From an uncultured Ruminococcus sp. (GTDB lineage Bacteria; Bacillota; Clostridia; Oscillospirales; Acutalibacteraceae), in contig CAZRLC010000001.1 of NCBI GenBank assembly GCA_964600975.1, forward strand, positions 1 to 61,449: a stretch of DNA of 61,449 nt. The letters run 5' to 3'. This document shows positions 30,938-40,296 of this stretch, one piece after another. The notes beneath the pieces were generated by a model. It was not told the origin of the DNA and searched no databases. It was given only the letters and a program-made list of their open reading frames with translations. Each line of letters begins with the position of its first letter. The first letter of the stretch is position 1. The position numbers were made by a program, and so were the translations under genes.

Positions 30938-33900
30938 ATGAAGAAAAGAATTGTAAAGTTATTTGCGGTATTTATGGCGATGTTGATGGTTATTACTATG
31001 ATGCCTGTAGAAGAAATGTCAGTGAAAGTCAATGCGGCCTCCGTTTCTGATGTAACAGGTAACAGAAACAGAGTGGGTACGATTACCACCTATTCCGTAC
31101 AACAAAAATATGACAGCGACACAGATAGCTATAGCTATGTGGTAACAGATATGGTTTTTAACGGAGAAACCTATCAGGTTAGCGACTCTTTCACTCTGTC
31201 GATTCAGCAGCTTGAAAAGCTTGTAGGAGAAACCGTTGTAGTACATATATACAACGGAGCGATTACCGACGTTCAATTACTTTCTAAAATGAACAGCGAA
31301 ATTCAGGCTGAGCTTGACTCTGTGCTTTTTAGCTATTCTTATGATAAAAGATGGTTTACACGCAAAAAGATGACTCTAAACGGTTGTATTGACAATAACC
31401 TTGCCCAAAGCTCATGGGCAGAAGCGGATGTTCAAGAAGTTGAGGATTCTATGCGTCTTATGGGTTATGGTGAGTACGATGACGTTTCCGTTGAGTTTTT
31501 ATCATCCGATGTAGATAAGCTGTATTTTAAGGACGGGATTGTTAAAACAGCTTCATTGAAGGTTGATGTAGCCGAATCTATAGCTGTGGGTGAACGCCTT
31601 GACCTTACCGCCGATATGTATATTAATACTGACTATGAACCTGAAAACGGTACTGATACAATTCCCGTTGAATATAATATTTATTGCGGGAGCGATGTTG
31701 AAGTTCACGGTGAGTTTGAGGTGATTATAGAAAATGTAGACTATGACCCGTTTGAAGATTTCGAAACAATAACCTTGGATGAATTGTTCGAGCTTCTCTA
31801 CGAGAAAATAGACGAGTATCACCCTGAGTTGCCGCTGAAATCCAAGGAGCCTCTCATCAGCGTTTTTACTGCCGCAACAATGAACGAGAGTATTACTGAA
31901 ATGCAAGGCTTGTACGATAGCTTTAGGACTCTTCAGGTTGCCATAGATGCCAACAATATGGTGTGCAAGGCGAATGTGGGTGGATTGGTGATGACAGCCT
32001 CGGACGCTTATCTTGAAAAGCTTTTTGAATCTATAGAAAGCGAGGCACAATCTCTTGCAGGATACACAGGAAGCGCAATAGAGTCGCTTATGGAAAGCAA
32101 GGATTTCAAGGATTACGTTAAGTGGTATCAGGCAAAATACGGCTATGTTGAGGGTTACTATAAAACGGTAGAGGTACACTGTCCTACCGATGTTACTGTT
32201 GCCGATGAGGACGGAAATACGGTTCTCACCATAATTAACGATGAGATTGAATTATTTGATGACCTGGTTTATGCGTATGTCTATGAGGGAGAAAAGATTA
32301 TTTACTTACCCACATATATAGATTATAATATTGAGATTTCAGCAACTGATGACGGCACAATGGATTATATTGTTTCAGCATTGACCCCCGGAGGAGTGGA
32401 GCGAATTGTTACATATGACGATGTGGCTATCACTAAGGGAACCGACTATAACAGCATTGTAACTTCTGACCTATATCAATCTGCTGATATATATAATCTT
32501 GTTTCCAGCGAGGGTGAAGTTATAGAGGCTAAGTCAGATACCTTACCTCCGATAGCAAGTGATGTGACGGATGTGGTTGTAGCAGAGGAGCTTTTTGCGG
32601 ATTTTCCGGAAGAATTAATAACTTTGGTGGCTACGGCAATGTTCGGTATGGAAGCAGCGGTCTCCATAGAAGAATACATGATAACTCTGGAGGACACAGT
32701 TGCTTTATTCTCAGCTGTATCTAAATATTACCCCATAGAATACAGCTTAATGGTTAACGGTGATTTTTCTTACAGAATTGTTTATAACACCAAGACAAAT
32801 TATATCACCAAAATACACTTTGATTATGGTAGCACAGCAGATTTGAGCAGCTTCACGGAAAAGGTATCGGCAGTTAAAGAAAAGATAGAGGCTATTGTCG
32901 AATTAACCGAGGGTATGAGTGACTTTGAGAAAGCACTGTATATTCACGATTATATTGTTCTGAATTGTAAATACGACACAGAACTTCTTGAAATCCTTGA
33001 AACAGAAGGTAAACTTTCCGGAGAACTGGTGAGCGAACGGTATACAGAGTATTCTGCACTTGTAAACGGAACCGGTATCTGCGGGTCTTATGCCCTTGCT
33101 TACAGAGCAGTTATGAACGCTGCAGGAGTAGAGTGCGTGTATGTTTCAAGCTCAGAGATGAATCATGCTTGGAATATGGTGAGACTTGACGGTCAATGGT
33201 ACCATGTGGATTGTTGCTGGGATGACCCTGTGCCTGACAGTGAAGGAAAGGCAAGAAGAACCTTCTTCCTTCGTACAGATAAAGAAATGATGGCACTCAG
33301 TCACTATTCCTGGACACCGGGTCAGTACAAGGCTACAAGTGAAAAATATTCTGAAATGCCGCGAAATTACGACTATGTTCAAAAATACGATTATGACAAT
33401 GACTGCTGGTATTATCTGCTTGGTAAAACCATTTACAAAACTGACAAGTTTGGTAAAGAACAAACTGTTTTTGCAGAAGGCATTACTGCAGATTCGCTGA
33501 CTTGTAATAACGGCAATGTGTATTATGCAGACGGTCTTTTTGCTTATGAATACAGCGTGGCTGATGCAAAAGGAATACCGATATATTACATATCTCAATA
33601 CGATGCAGGACATGATTCAAGCAAGGCATATATTGTGAATTTCTTTGTAGAGGACAATACAATTTCGTATTATAAATATGTGCATGAGTACTACTACAAT
33701 AGTGAGGAGGATTACGGGACAACTCCACAGGTGACATATGTAGAGGACGAGCTTAAGAGGGAACTGTTTGAGTCTATAACCGGTATAACTCTTAACAGCA
33801 CCGAACTGGAGCTTACTGTGTTCGAAACTGCATATATCTATGGCTCAATACAATCTGACCTAGACGTATGGGATTTGCAGATTGAATACAGCTCCTCTGA

Positions 33901-36900
33901 TGACAACATAGTCAGCGTGGACCGATACGGTACTGTAACGGCACATAACGCAGGAGAGGCTGTAATAACCGCAAGATTTATGGAGTATACAGCAGAGTGT
34001 GTTGTAACTGTAACCGGTGACGGTTTCTCCGGTTCTTGCGGAAGTAATATAAAATGGTCATTTGATACGAAAACAGGAACACTTAGCCTTAACGGTTCAG
34101 GTGCGATGCCTTCGTATTCCTCCACATCGTCTGTACCATGGTACAACTTCAGAGAACAGATAAAAAACATAGTCCTTAGCACAGGTATTACTACAATCGG
34201 CAAATATGCATTCAGCTATTGCTCTGAATTAGAAAGTATGAGCATACCACAGGGAGTGACTTTGATAGGTGAACGTGCTTTTAATTGGTGTTCTTCCCTT
34301 TCTTCTGTGTCAATTCCCGATACAGTTACTAAAATTGATATGTACGCATTTTACGGTTGCACAAGTCTTGATAATGTTAAAATTCCGGACGGTATAGATA
34401 TAATTTGGAATTACAGCTTCGGTGCATGTTATTCCCTAAAAAGCATCAGTATTCCCGAAAGTGTGGTCCAAATAGCACAACAGGCGTTCTTTTCCTGCGA
34501 AAGCCTTGAGACCATCGCCTTACCCTCCAATCTTAAAATTATCAGCCAGTATGCTTTCGGTTATTGTGAATCCCTGAAAAGCGTTACAATACCTGCAAGT
34601 GTTACATATATTTACGATGATGCATTCAGATATTGCTCGGGACTTGAAAGCATAACCGTAGACCCCCAAAATACAGTTTACTCAAGTGACGAAAACGGCG
34701 TTCTGTTCAATAAAGATAAAACAAAGCTTATGCATTATCCCGCTTCTTGTACGGCTGTAAGCTATAACGTGCCGTCAACTGTAACTACCGTAAACAGCTA
34801 CGCTTTTGCTTATGCCAAGAATACCCGATATATAAGCATTCCCGATAGCGTAACTACCCTCGGCAGTTATGCATTCAGAGAAGCTACAGGAATAAAAGAA
34901 GTCACAATAGGTAACGGAATAAGCACTCTCCCATCCTATTCATTTTACATGTGCAATAATCTTGGGGAGATTGTAATTTCGCCTTCTGTAACAAGCATCG
35001 GCAGCTATGCTTTCGGCTCTTGCTCGGCCCTTGCTGAAATTACTATTCCTGATTCTGTTACAACTATGGGAAGTTATGCATTTTCCAATTGCAGTTCTTT
35101 GAGAGAGGTTGTTATTCCGAATTCTGTGACAAGCTTATCTTACGGAATGTTTTCAGGGTGCACATCGTTAGAAAGTGCAACATTAAACAGCAGTATGACA
35201 AGTATTCCCTCCTCTATGTTCTACGGTTGCTGCTCTCTGAAGGATGTTGTTATTCCCTCAAGCGTTACAAACATAGAAAACAGTGCTTTTGCAAATTGTA
35301 CAGCATTGGAGAGTATTATAATTCCTGATTCGGTAACCAATATCGGATATGGTGCTTTTGAGAATTGTTCCTCTGTAAAATATGCAGTAATCCCTACATC
35401 AATTCAAACCATTGCATCTTACGCCTTTGATGGTTGTACCGAACTCATACACATCGGCTACAAATGCAGTAAAGAAGAAGCTAAGAATATGGAAATTAAT
35501 TCGGAGGGTAATTCTTATCTTTTGGAAGCACCGTATATTCATTATGAATTTGATTATGAGACCGATGTTGTTTTTAAGGAAGAACAACCGGCGGATTGCA
35601 CCCACTCAGGTCACACGGCGGGACTTTACTGCACAGAGTGTCAGTTTGCTCTGGAAGGTGAAGTAATAGAAGCCAAGGGTCACAAGTATGAGTTGACCCA
35701 AGGCTTTGAGGGTAGCTGTACAGAATTGCCGTATAAAGAATATACATGCAGCGAATGCAGCGACAGCTATACTGATTACGGCAAAGCCCATGAGGGTCAC
35801 AGCTATATATCAACAATAGTTCAGCCTACCTGCACAAGCTCCGGATATACTATGGAAACCTGTACCTTGTGCGGTGAAACAGTAACAAGCAAATTTGTTA
35901 ATCCCACGGGTCACAAATTTGCCATTGTAAATTCGGCACATTACTGTGAGCATCACGGCACCTATCAGTATTGTTGCCTGAATAAAGGTTGTGACTATTC
36001 AGAGTGCATAACCATTGATGCATCTGAGCTTGAAACCGAAACCGGTATTACGGAGGCAACCTGTGAGACATACGGAACAAAGAAAGAAATATGTACTCAT
36101 TGCAAGGCTACTATATCCACAGAAATTCTTCAGCCAACAGGACATACAGTAGTTGTAGATAAAGGTTACGATGCTACAGATACTAAGGACGGTTTAACTG
36201 ACGGTACGCATTGTTCTGTTTGTAATAAGGTATTAATAGCTCAGGAAGTTATTCTCGCAATTGGACAGGATAATACAGAGTTTACGGAAAATGACAGCAC
36301 GTCAACAGATGCTACGGAGTCCTGTAGTACAAATTGCAACGATTCGGAATTGGATTCAACGGAGTCAGAGAATACAGACAACTCTGTTCCTGAAACAAGT
36401 TCAAGCGAGGGTGATTTGACACAACCTTCGCAGACTGACCCAACGAAGTCACCGACTACTGCCCCTGTGCAGACTGACCCGACGGAGCCACCGACAACTG
36501 CCCCTGTGCAGACTGACCCGACGGAGTCACCGACTACTGCCCCTGTGCAGACTTACCCAACGGAGCCACCGACAACTGTACCTGTGCAGACTGACCCGAC
36601 GGAGCCACCCACAACTGTGCCTGTACAGACTGACCCGACGGAGCCACCGACAACTATGCCTGTGCAGACTGACCCGACGGAGTCACCAACAACTGTGCCT
36701 GTGCAGACTGACCCGACGGAGCCACCAACTTCAGAATCTACTGCAACAGATCAGGAGGATATAACTACCGACAATACGGAAACAGGAGAAGATGAACAGG
36801 TGTGCTTAGGTGATGTTGATCTTGACGGTAAAGTTAGCGTCAAGGATGCTACCGCAATTCAGAAGCATTTGGCACAGTTTGTTACCTTGAGCGAAGTTGC

Positions 36901-36997
36901 AATGAAGGTTGCAGATGTAAATAAAGACGGTAAGGTTAATATCAAGGATGCCACACATATCCAAAAATTTCTTGCACAACTTATAGATAAGCTATAA
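30938..36997 (+). CDS. Large secreted multidomain protein: unknown N-terminus, transglutaminase-like domain, Ig-like (Big_2), BspA LRRs, Cys-rich repeats, Pro/Thr linker, dockerin
   Basis: Signal peptide; GICGSYA..HAWN..HVD Cys-His-Asp triad; YSSSDDNIVSVD..G.VTA; LRR_5 repeats; CxxC repeats; GDVDLDGKVSVKDAT..ADVNKDGKVNIKDAT. Confidence 0.9.
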   Translation: MKKRIVKLFAVFMAMLMVITMMPVEEMSVKVNAASVSDVTGNRNRVGTITTYSVQQKYDSDTDSYSYVVTDMVFNGETYQVSDSFTLSIQQLEKLVGETVVVHIYNGAITDVQLLSKMNSEIQAELDSVLFSYSYDKRWFTRKKMTLNGCIDNNLAQSSWAEADVQEVEDSMRLMGYGEYDDVSVEFLSSDVDKLYFKDGIVKTASLKVDVAESIAVGERLDLTADMYINTDYEPENGTDTIPVEYNIYCGSDVEVHGEFEVIIENVDYDPFEDFETITLDELFELLYEKIDEYHPELPLKSKEPLISVFTAATMNESITEMQGLYDSFRTLQVAIDANNMVCKANVGGLVMTASDAYLEKLFESIESEAQSLAGYTGSAIESLMESKDFKDYVKWYQAKYGYVEGYYKTVEVHCPTDVTVADEDGNTVLTIINDEIELFDDLVYAYVYEGEKIIYLPTYIDYNIEISATDDGTMDYIVSALTPGGVERIVTYDDVAITKGTDYNSIVTSDLYQSADIYNLVSSEGEVIEAKSDTLPPIASDVTDVVVAEELFADFPEELITLVATAMFGMEAAVSIEEYMITLEDTVALFSAVSKYYPIEYSLMVNGDFSYRIVYNTKTNYITKIHFDYGSTADLSSFTEKVSAVKEKIEAIVELTEGMSDFEKALYIHDYIVLNCKYDTELLEILETEGKLSGELVSERYTEYSALVNGTGICGSYALAYRAVMNAAGVECVYVSSSEMNHAWNMVRLDGQWYHVDCCWDDPVPDSEGKARRTFFLRTDKEMMALSHYSWTPGQYKATSEKYSEMPRNYDYVQKYDYDNDCWYYLLGKTIYKTDKFGKEQTVFAEGITADSLTCNNGNVYYADGLFAYEYSVADAKGIPIYYISQYDAGHDSSKAYIVNFFVEDNTISYYKYVHEYYYNSEEDYGTTPQVTYVEDELKRELFESITGITLNSTELELTVFETAYIYGSIQSDLDVWDLQIEYSSSDDNIVSVDRYGTVTAHNAGEAVITARFMEYTAECVVTVTGDGFSGSCGSNIKWSFDTKTGTLSLNGSGAMPSYSSTSSVPWYNFREQIKNIVLSTGITTIGKYAFSYCSELESMSIPQGVTLIGERAFNWCSSLSSVSIPDTVTKIDMYAFYGCTSLDNVKIPDGIDIIWNYSFGACYSLKSISIPESVVQIAQQAFFSCESLETIALPSNLKIISQYAFGYCESLKSVTIPASVTYIYDDAFRYCSGLESITVDPQNTVYSSDENGVLFNKDKTKLMHYPASCTAVSYNVPSTVTTVNSYAFAYAKNTRYISIPDSVTTLGSYAFREATGIKEVTIGNGISTLPSYSFYMCNNLGEIVISPSVTSIGSYAFGSCSALAEITIPDSVTTMGSYAFSNCSSLREVVIPNSVTSLSYGMFSGCTSLESATLNSSMTSIPSSMFYGCCSLKDVVIPSSVTNIENSAFANCTALESIIIPDSVTNIGYGAFENCSSVKYAVIPTSIQTIASYAFDGCTELIHIGYKCSKEEAKNMEINSEGNSYLLEAPYIHYEFDYETDVVFKEEQPADCTHSGHTAGLYCTECQFALEGEVIEAKGHKYELTQGFEGSCTELPYKEYTCSECSDSYTDYGKAHEGHSYISTIVQPTCTSSGYTMETCTLCGETVTSKFVNPTGHKFAIVNSAHYCEHHGTYQYCCLNKGCDYSECITIDASELETETGITEATCETYGTKKEICTHCKATISTEILQPTGHTVVVDKGYDATDTKDGLTDGTHCSVCNKVLIAQEVILAIGQDNTEFTENDSTSTDATESCSTNCNDSELDSTESENTDNSVPETSSSEGDLTQPSQTDPTKSPTTAPVQTDPTEPPTTAPVQTDPTESPTTAPVQTYPTEPPTTVPVQTDPTEPPTTVPVQTDPTEPPTTMPVQTDPTESPTTVPVQTDPTEPPTSESTATDQEDITTDNTETGEDEQVCLGDVDLDGKVSVKDATAIQKHLAQFVTLSEVAMKVADVNKDGKVNIKDATHIQKFLAQLIDKL
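36431..36730 (+). repeat. 39-bp coding tandem repeat (QTDPTEPPTTVPV), 7 full units plus 1 partial
   Basis: Units begin at 36431, 36470, 36509, 36548, 36587, 36626, 36665 and 36704. Confidence 0.95.
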
Positions 36998-36999
36998 AT

Positions 37000-37077
37000 T
37001 ACGGCTTCAAAAAGGATTTATTCGAGTCCGCCATTGTCGCCGAGCTTATGAAAATGTATCAGGAGTTGACACAATAA
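37000..37077 (+). pseudogene. Orphan 3' tail of an MmeI-like (type IIL) methyltransferase gene, copy 1
   Basis: Translates YGFKKDLFESAIVAELMKMYQELTQ*; no start codon or RBS; family recognised from memory. Confidence 0.6.
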
Positions 37078-37078
37078 A

Positions 37079-37599
37079 GCCTCCCTTGTGTAAAGGGAGG
37101 GGGACCACCGAACGGTGGTGGAGGGATTGTCGTAGTTAGCAACAATCCCTCAAAAGTCCTCCCTGCGTAAAGTAAGCAGACCACTGAGGGCGATAGGAGA
37201 AATTTTATGGACAGAAAGCACAACAAAACCATAGTGCATTTAGCAAAAAAACTTAGAAAAAATATGACAAAAGAAGAACGCCACCTTTGGTATGATTTTT
37301 TAAGAACCTATGAAGTGAAATTTTTGCGTCAAAAACCGATAGGTAGATATATAGTTGACTTTTACTGTGCGAAGGCTAAGCTGGTAGTAGAACTTGACGG
37401 TTCACAACATTATACTGAAATCAATATTGAAAAAGATACGGAAAGAACCAGATATCTTAACGAATACGGAATAAGAGTTATCAGAATTCCAAATAATCAG
37501 GTCAATCTGAATTTTGCAGGTGTTTGTGAATATATTGATAGTTTTGTGAAACAATCCCTCAGTCAGCTGTGCTGACAGCTCCCTTTGCACAAGGGAGCC
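37079..37599. mobile_element. REP-like inverted-repeat-bounded DUF559 cassette
   Basis: Left arm gcctcccttgtgtaaagggag-[hairpin]-gagggattgt (37079-37130). Right arm, reverse-complemented, is ggctcccttgtgcaaagggag-[hairpin]-gagggattgt (37551-37599). Confidence 0.6.
37207..37575 (+). CDS. DUF559 (Vsr-like PD-(D/E)xK) endonuclease-domain protein
   Basis: AKKLRKNMTKEERHLWY..FLRQKPIGRYIVDFYC..KLVVELDGSQH..RTRYL..GIRVIRI. Confidence 0.92.
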   Translation: MDRKHNKTIVHLAKKLRKNMTKEERHLWYDFLRTYEVKFLRQKPIGRYIVDFYCAKAKLVVELDGSQHYTEINIEKDTERTRYLNEYGIRVIRIPNNQVNLNFAGVCEYIDSFVKQSLSQLC

Positions 37600-37606
37600 A
37601 TATTTT

Positions 37607-37684
37607 ATCGGCTTTAAAAAAGACCTGTCCGAGTCCGCCATTGTCGCCGAGCTTATGAAAATGTATCAAAACCTTACATCATAA
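37607..37684 (+). pseudogene. Orphan 3' tail of an MmeI-like methyltransferase gene, copy 2
   Basis: Translates IGFKKDLSESAIVAELMKMYQNLTS*. The 39-bp core at 37630-37668 is identical to 37023-37061. Confidence 0.6.
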
Positions 37685-37691
37685 AGTATTG

Positions 37692-37720
37692 TTATAAAAA
37701 TTACCCTCTGAGCATATAGT
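37692..37720 (+). promoter_or_regulatory. sigmaE-type promoter of spoIIID
   Basis: ATA-16 bp-CATATAGT matches the sigmaE consensus; spoIIID is a known sigmaE target. Confidence 0.6.
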
Positions 37721-37748
37721 TTAACGACTATTGTTTGGAGGGTTCTGT

Positions 37749-38033
37749 ATGAATGACACCGCTGCTCCCAGGGCTGTGTGCCTTGCTGAGTACATAATAG
37801 AGAACAAGGCTACCGTTCGCTTCGCCGCCAAAAAATTCGGTATAAGCAAAAGCACTGTTCACAAGGACGTCAGCGAACGGCTTCGCTCTATCAGTCCTGC
37901 TCTCTACTCTCAGGTACGAGAGGTGCTGGAGTGCAACAAGGCAGAAAGGCACCTGCGGGGAGGTCTTGCTACAAAAAACAAATATCTCAGGTTATCTGCC
38001 TCAAAAACCCCTGCATCGGCAAATTACAAATAA
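37749..38033 (+). CDS. spoIIID: Sporulation transcription regulator SpoIIID
   Basis: AEYIIENKATVR.AAKKFGISKSTVHKDV.ERL..NKAERHLRGGLATK.KY; GGAGG RBS before ATG 37749. Confidence 0.96.
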   Translation: MNDTAAPRAVCLAEYIIENKATVRFAAKKFGISKSTVHKDVSERLRSISPALYSQVREVLECNKAERHLRGGLATKNKYLRLSASKTPASANYK

Positions 38034-38184
38034 AAATCGCATTATACAAATAAAAAATCACTTTACATAAATATCGAAGAGTAGTATAATATATTTTGGT
38101 ATAGAGTTAGCGTACAAGAGTACTTTTCTTACCTATCACTAAAGGGAAGTTTATTTTTCTTTTTGAGGAATCAGGAGAATTTCT

Positions 38185-39390
38185 ATGAAAAACATACCTT
38201 TTTCTCCTCCGGATATTACACAGGCAGAGATTGACTATGTTGTTGATGTGCTTAAGTCCGGTTGGATTACCACAGGACCCAAGACCAAACTCTTCGAGCA
38301 GAAAATTGCCGAGTTCTGTCACACAGACAAGGCGGTGTGCCTTTCTTCTCAGACTGCATGTGCAGAGATGACACTGCGTATTCTGGGCATCGGCCCCGGA
38401 GATGAGGTTATTGTTCCTGCTTATACCTACACCGCTACTGCATCTATCGTCTGTCACATTGGCGCCACACCGGTTATTATCGACTGTGCCCCCGGAAGCT
38501 TTGAGATGGACTACGATAAAATGGAGGCGGCTATCAACCGGCGAACTAAGGCTATCGTTCCCGTTGACCTGGCAGGAGTTATGTGCGACTACGACAGAAT
38601 CTATGCCGCAGTGGAAAACAAGAAACACCTGTTCAACCCCACAAACGACTTACAGCGTACCTTTGGCAGAGTAATCGTTATGTGTGACGGTGCTCACGCT
38701 CTCGGTGCAAGTCGTAAGGGTAAAATGTGCGGTGAGGTTGCCGACTTTACAAACTTCAGCTTCCACGCTGTTAAGAATCTGACTACAGGCGAGGGCGGTG
38801 CCGTTACCTGGAAATCCCACGAGGGTATTGACAACGACCAGCTTTACCGCCAGTATATGCTCTTCTCACTTCACGGACAGACTAAGGATACCTATGCCAA
38901 GAACAAGGGTACCTCCTGGGAGTATGATGTAGTCAAAACCCAGTACAAGTGCAATATGCCTGACATTCTGGCAGCTCTGGGACTTGCTCAGCTTGAGAGA
39001 TATAACGAGACTCTGGACCGCCGTCATCAGCTTATTGAACGCTACAACAAAGCGTTTGAGAATCTGCCTGTATCTGTTCTTAATCACGCAGATGACAACC
39101 ACCGTTCCAGCGGTCACCTGTACTTTGTTCGCTTTGAGGGCAAAGATCAGGACTACCGCAATACCTTCTTTAAGCGTATGGCACAAAACGGCGTTGTATG
39201 TAACGTACATTTCAAGCCTCTGCCTCTGCTGACCGCCTACAAGGAGCTGGGCTTTGACATCAAGGACTACCCCAACGCCTACAATATGTACAGAAATCAG
39301 CTGACCCTTCCTCTCAACACCACTATGTCTGATGAGGATGCTCAGTATGTTATTGATACATTTCTCAGATGTATTGCTCAGCCCTATTAA
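38185..39390 (+). CDS. DegT/DnrJ/EryC1/StrS PLP-dependent sugar aminotransferase
   Basis: SGWITTGPKT, DGAHALGA and FSFHAVKNLTTGEGG. Confidence 0.93.
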   Translation: MKNIPFSPPDITQAEIDYVVDVLKSGWITTGPKTKLFEQKIAEFCHTDKAVCLSSQTACAEMTLRILGIGPGDEVIVPAYTYTATASIVCHIGATPVIIDCAPGSFEMDYDKMEAAINRRTKAIVPVDLAGVMCDYDRIYAAVENKKHLFNPTNDLQRTFGRVIVMCDGAHALGASRKGKMCGEVADFTNFSFHAVKNLTTGEGGAVTWKSHEGIDNDQLYRQYMLFSLHGQTKDTYAKNKGTSWEYDVVKTQYKCNMPDILAALGLAQLERYNETLDRRHQLIERYNKAFENLPVSVLNHADDNHRSSGHLYFVRFEGKDQDYRNTFFKRMAQNGVVCNVHFKPLPLLTAYKELGFDIKDYPNAYNMYRNQLTLPLNTTMSDEDAQYVIDTFLRCIAQPY

Positions 39391-39401
39391 TGTATTAATT
39401 C

Positions 39402-39436
39402 AAATCGCTGCAGGTTTTCTGCGGCGATTTTCTTTT
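39402..39436 (+). terminator. Intrinsic terminator
   Basis: aaatcgctgcag-gtttt-ctgcggcgattt followed by a T-rich tail. Confidence 0.75.
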
Positions 39437-39595
39437 CTGTAAATATTTACCGAATATTCATTATTTTTTCAGATATACATTTATTTTGTTTCTAATTTAT
39501 TCACTATTTTTTATATTTATGGTGTATAATTAAAATCAGGTTATTACAGGGAATTTCAAAATAATAAATATAATAACTTCGCAGGAGGTATAATT

Positions 39596-40285
39596 ATGGG
39601 AAAATTCAAGGTTTTAATTGTTGACGATGACTTCAATATCAGCAATCTGCTGAGACTTTATCTTGAGAAAGAAGGCTTTGAGACTGTAACCGCTGAGGAC
39701 GGCGAAAAAGCAGTTGAGCTTTTTGAATCAGAACATCCTGACCTGGTGCTTCTTGACATAATGCTTCCTAAAATGGACGGTTGGCAGGTATGCAGAGAAA
39801 TCAGAAAGACATCTCAGTGTCCTATCATTATGATTACCGCCAAGACCGAGACCTTCGACAAGGTGCTGGGACTGGAGTTGGGTGCAGATGATTACATCGT
39901 CAAGCCCTTTGAAAACAAAGAGGTTGTCGCCAGAGTACGTGCAGTACTTCGCCGTACAGCAACTCCCGAGACAGCTGCTATTAAAGAGGTTCGCTTTGAT
40001 AATCTTATTATCAACCTTACAAACTACGAGCTGAGAGTCAAGGGTGAGCTCATAAGCACTCCTCCCAAGGAGCTGGAGCTTCTCTATCACCTGGCAAGTA
40101 ATCCTAACCAGATGTTCTCCAGAGACCAGCTTTTGGACGAGGTATGGGGCTTTGATTACTGTGGCGAAAGCCGTACAATCGACGTTCATATCAAGCGTAT
40201 CCGAGAGAAAATCGACGGTGCCTCTGACAAATGGGAACTTTGCACCGTATGGGCAAGAGGCTATAAATTCGTAACCTTTGAATAA
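39596..40285 (+). CDS. OmpR-family response regulator
   Basis: VDDD, LLDIMLP, GADDYIVKPF and winged-helix RTIDVHIKRIR. Confidence 0.95.
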   Translation: MGKFKVLIVDDDFNISNLLRLYLEKEGFETVTAEDGEKAVELFESEHPDLVLLDIMLPKMDGWQVCREIRKTSQCPIIMITAKTETFDKVLGLELGADDYIVKPFENKEVVARVRAVLRRTATPETAAIKEVRFDNLIINLTNYELRVKGELISTPPKELELLYHLASNPNQMFSRDQLLDEVWGFDYCGESRTIDVHIKRIREKIDGASDKWELCTVWARGYKFVTFE

Positions 40286-40296
40286 CAGGTGAATTT

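Noticed and set aside
36431..36730. Possible CRISPR array
   Set aside because: Contiguous 39-bp in-frame coding units with no unique spacers and no cas genes.
37023..37668. 39-bp direct repeats read as a CRISPR or as a simple target-site duplication
   Set aside because: Only two copies, 607 bp apart, and the flanks diverge synonymously, which indicates coding origin.
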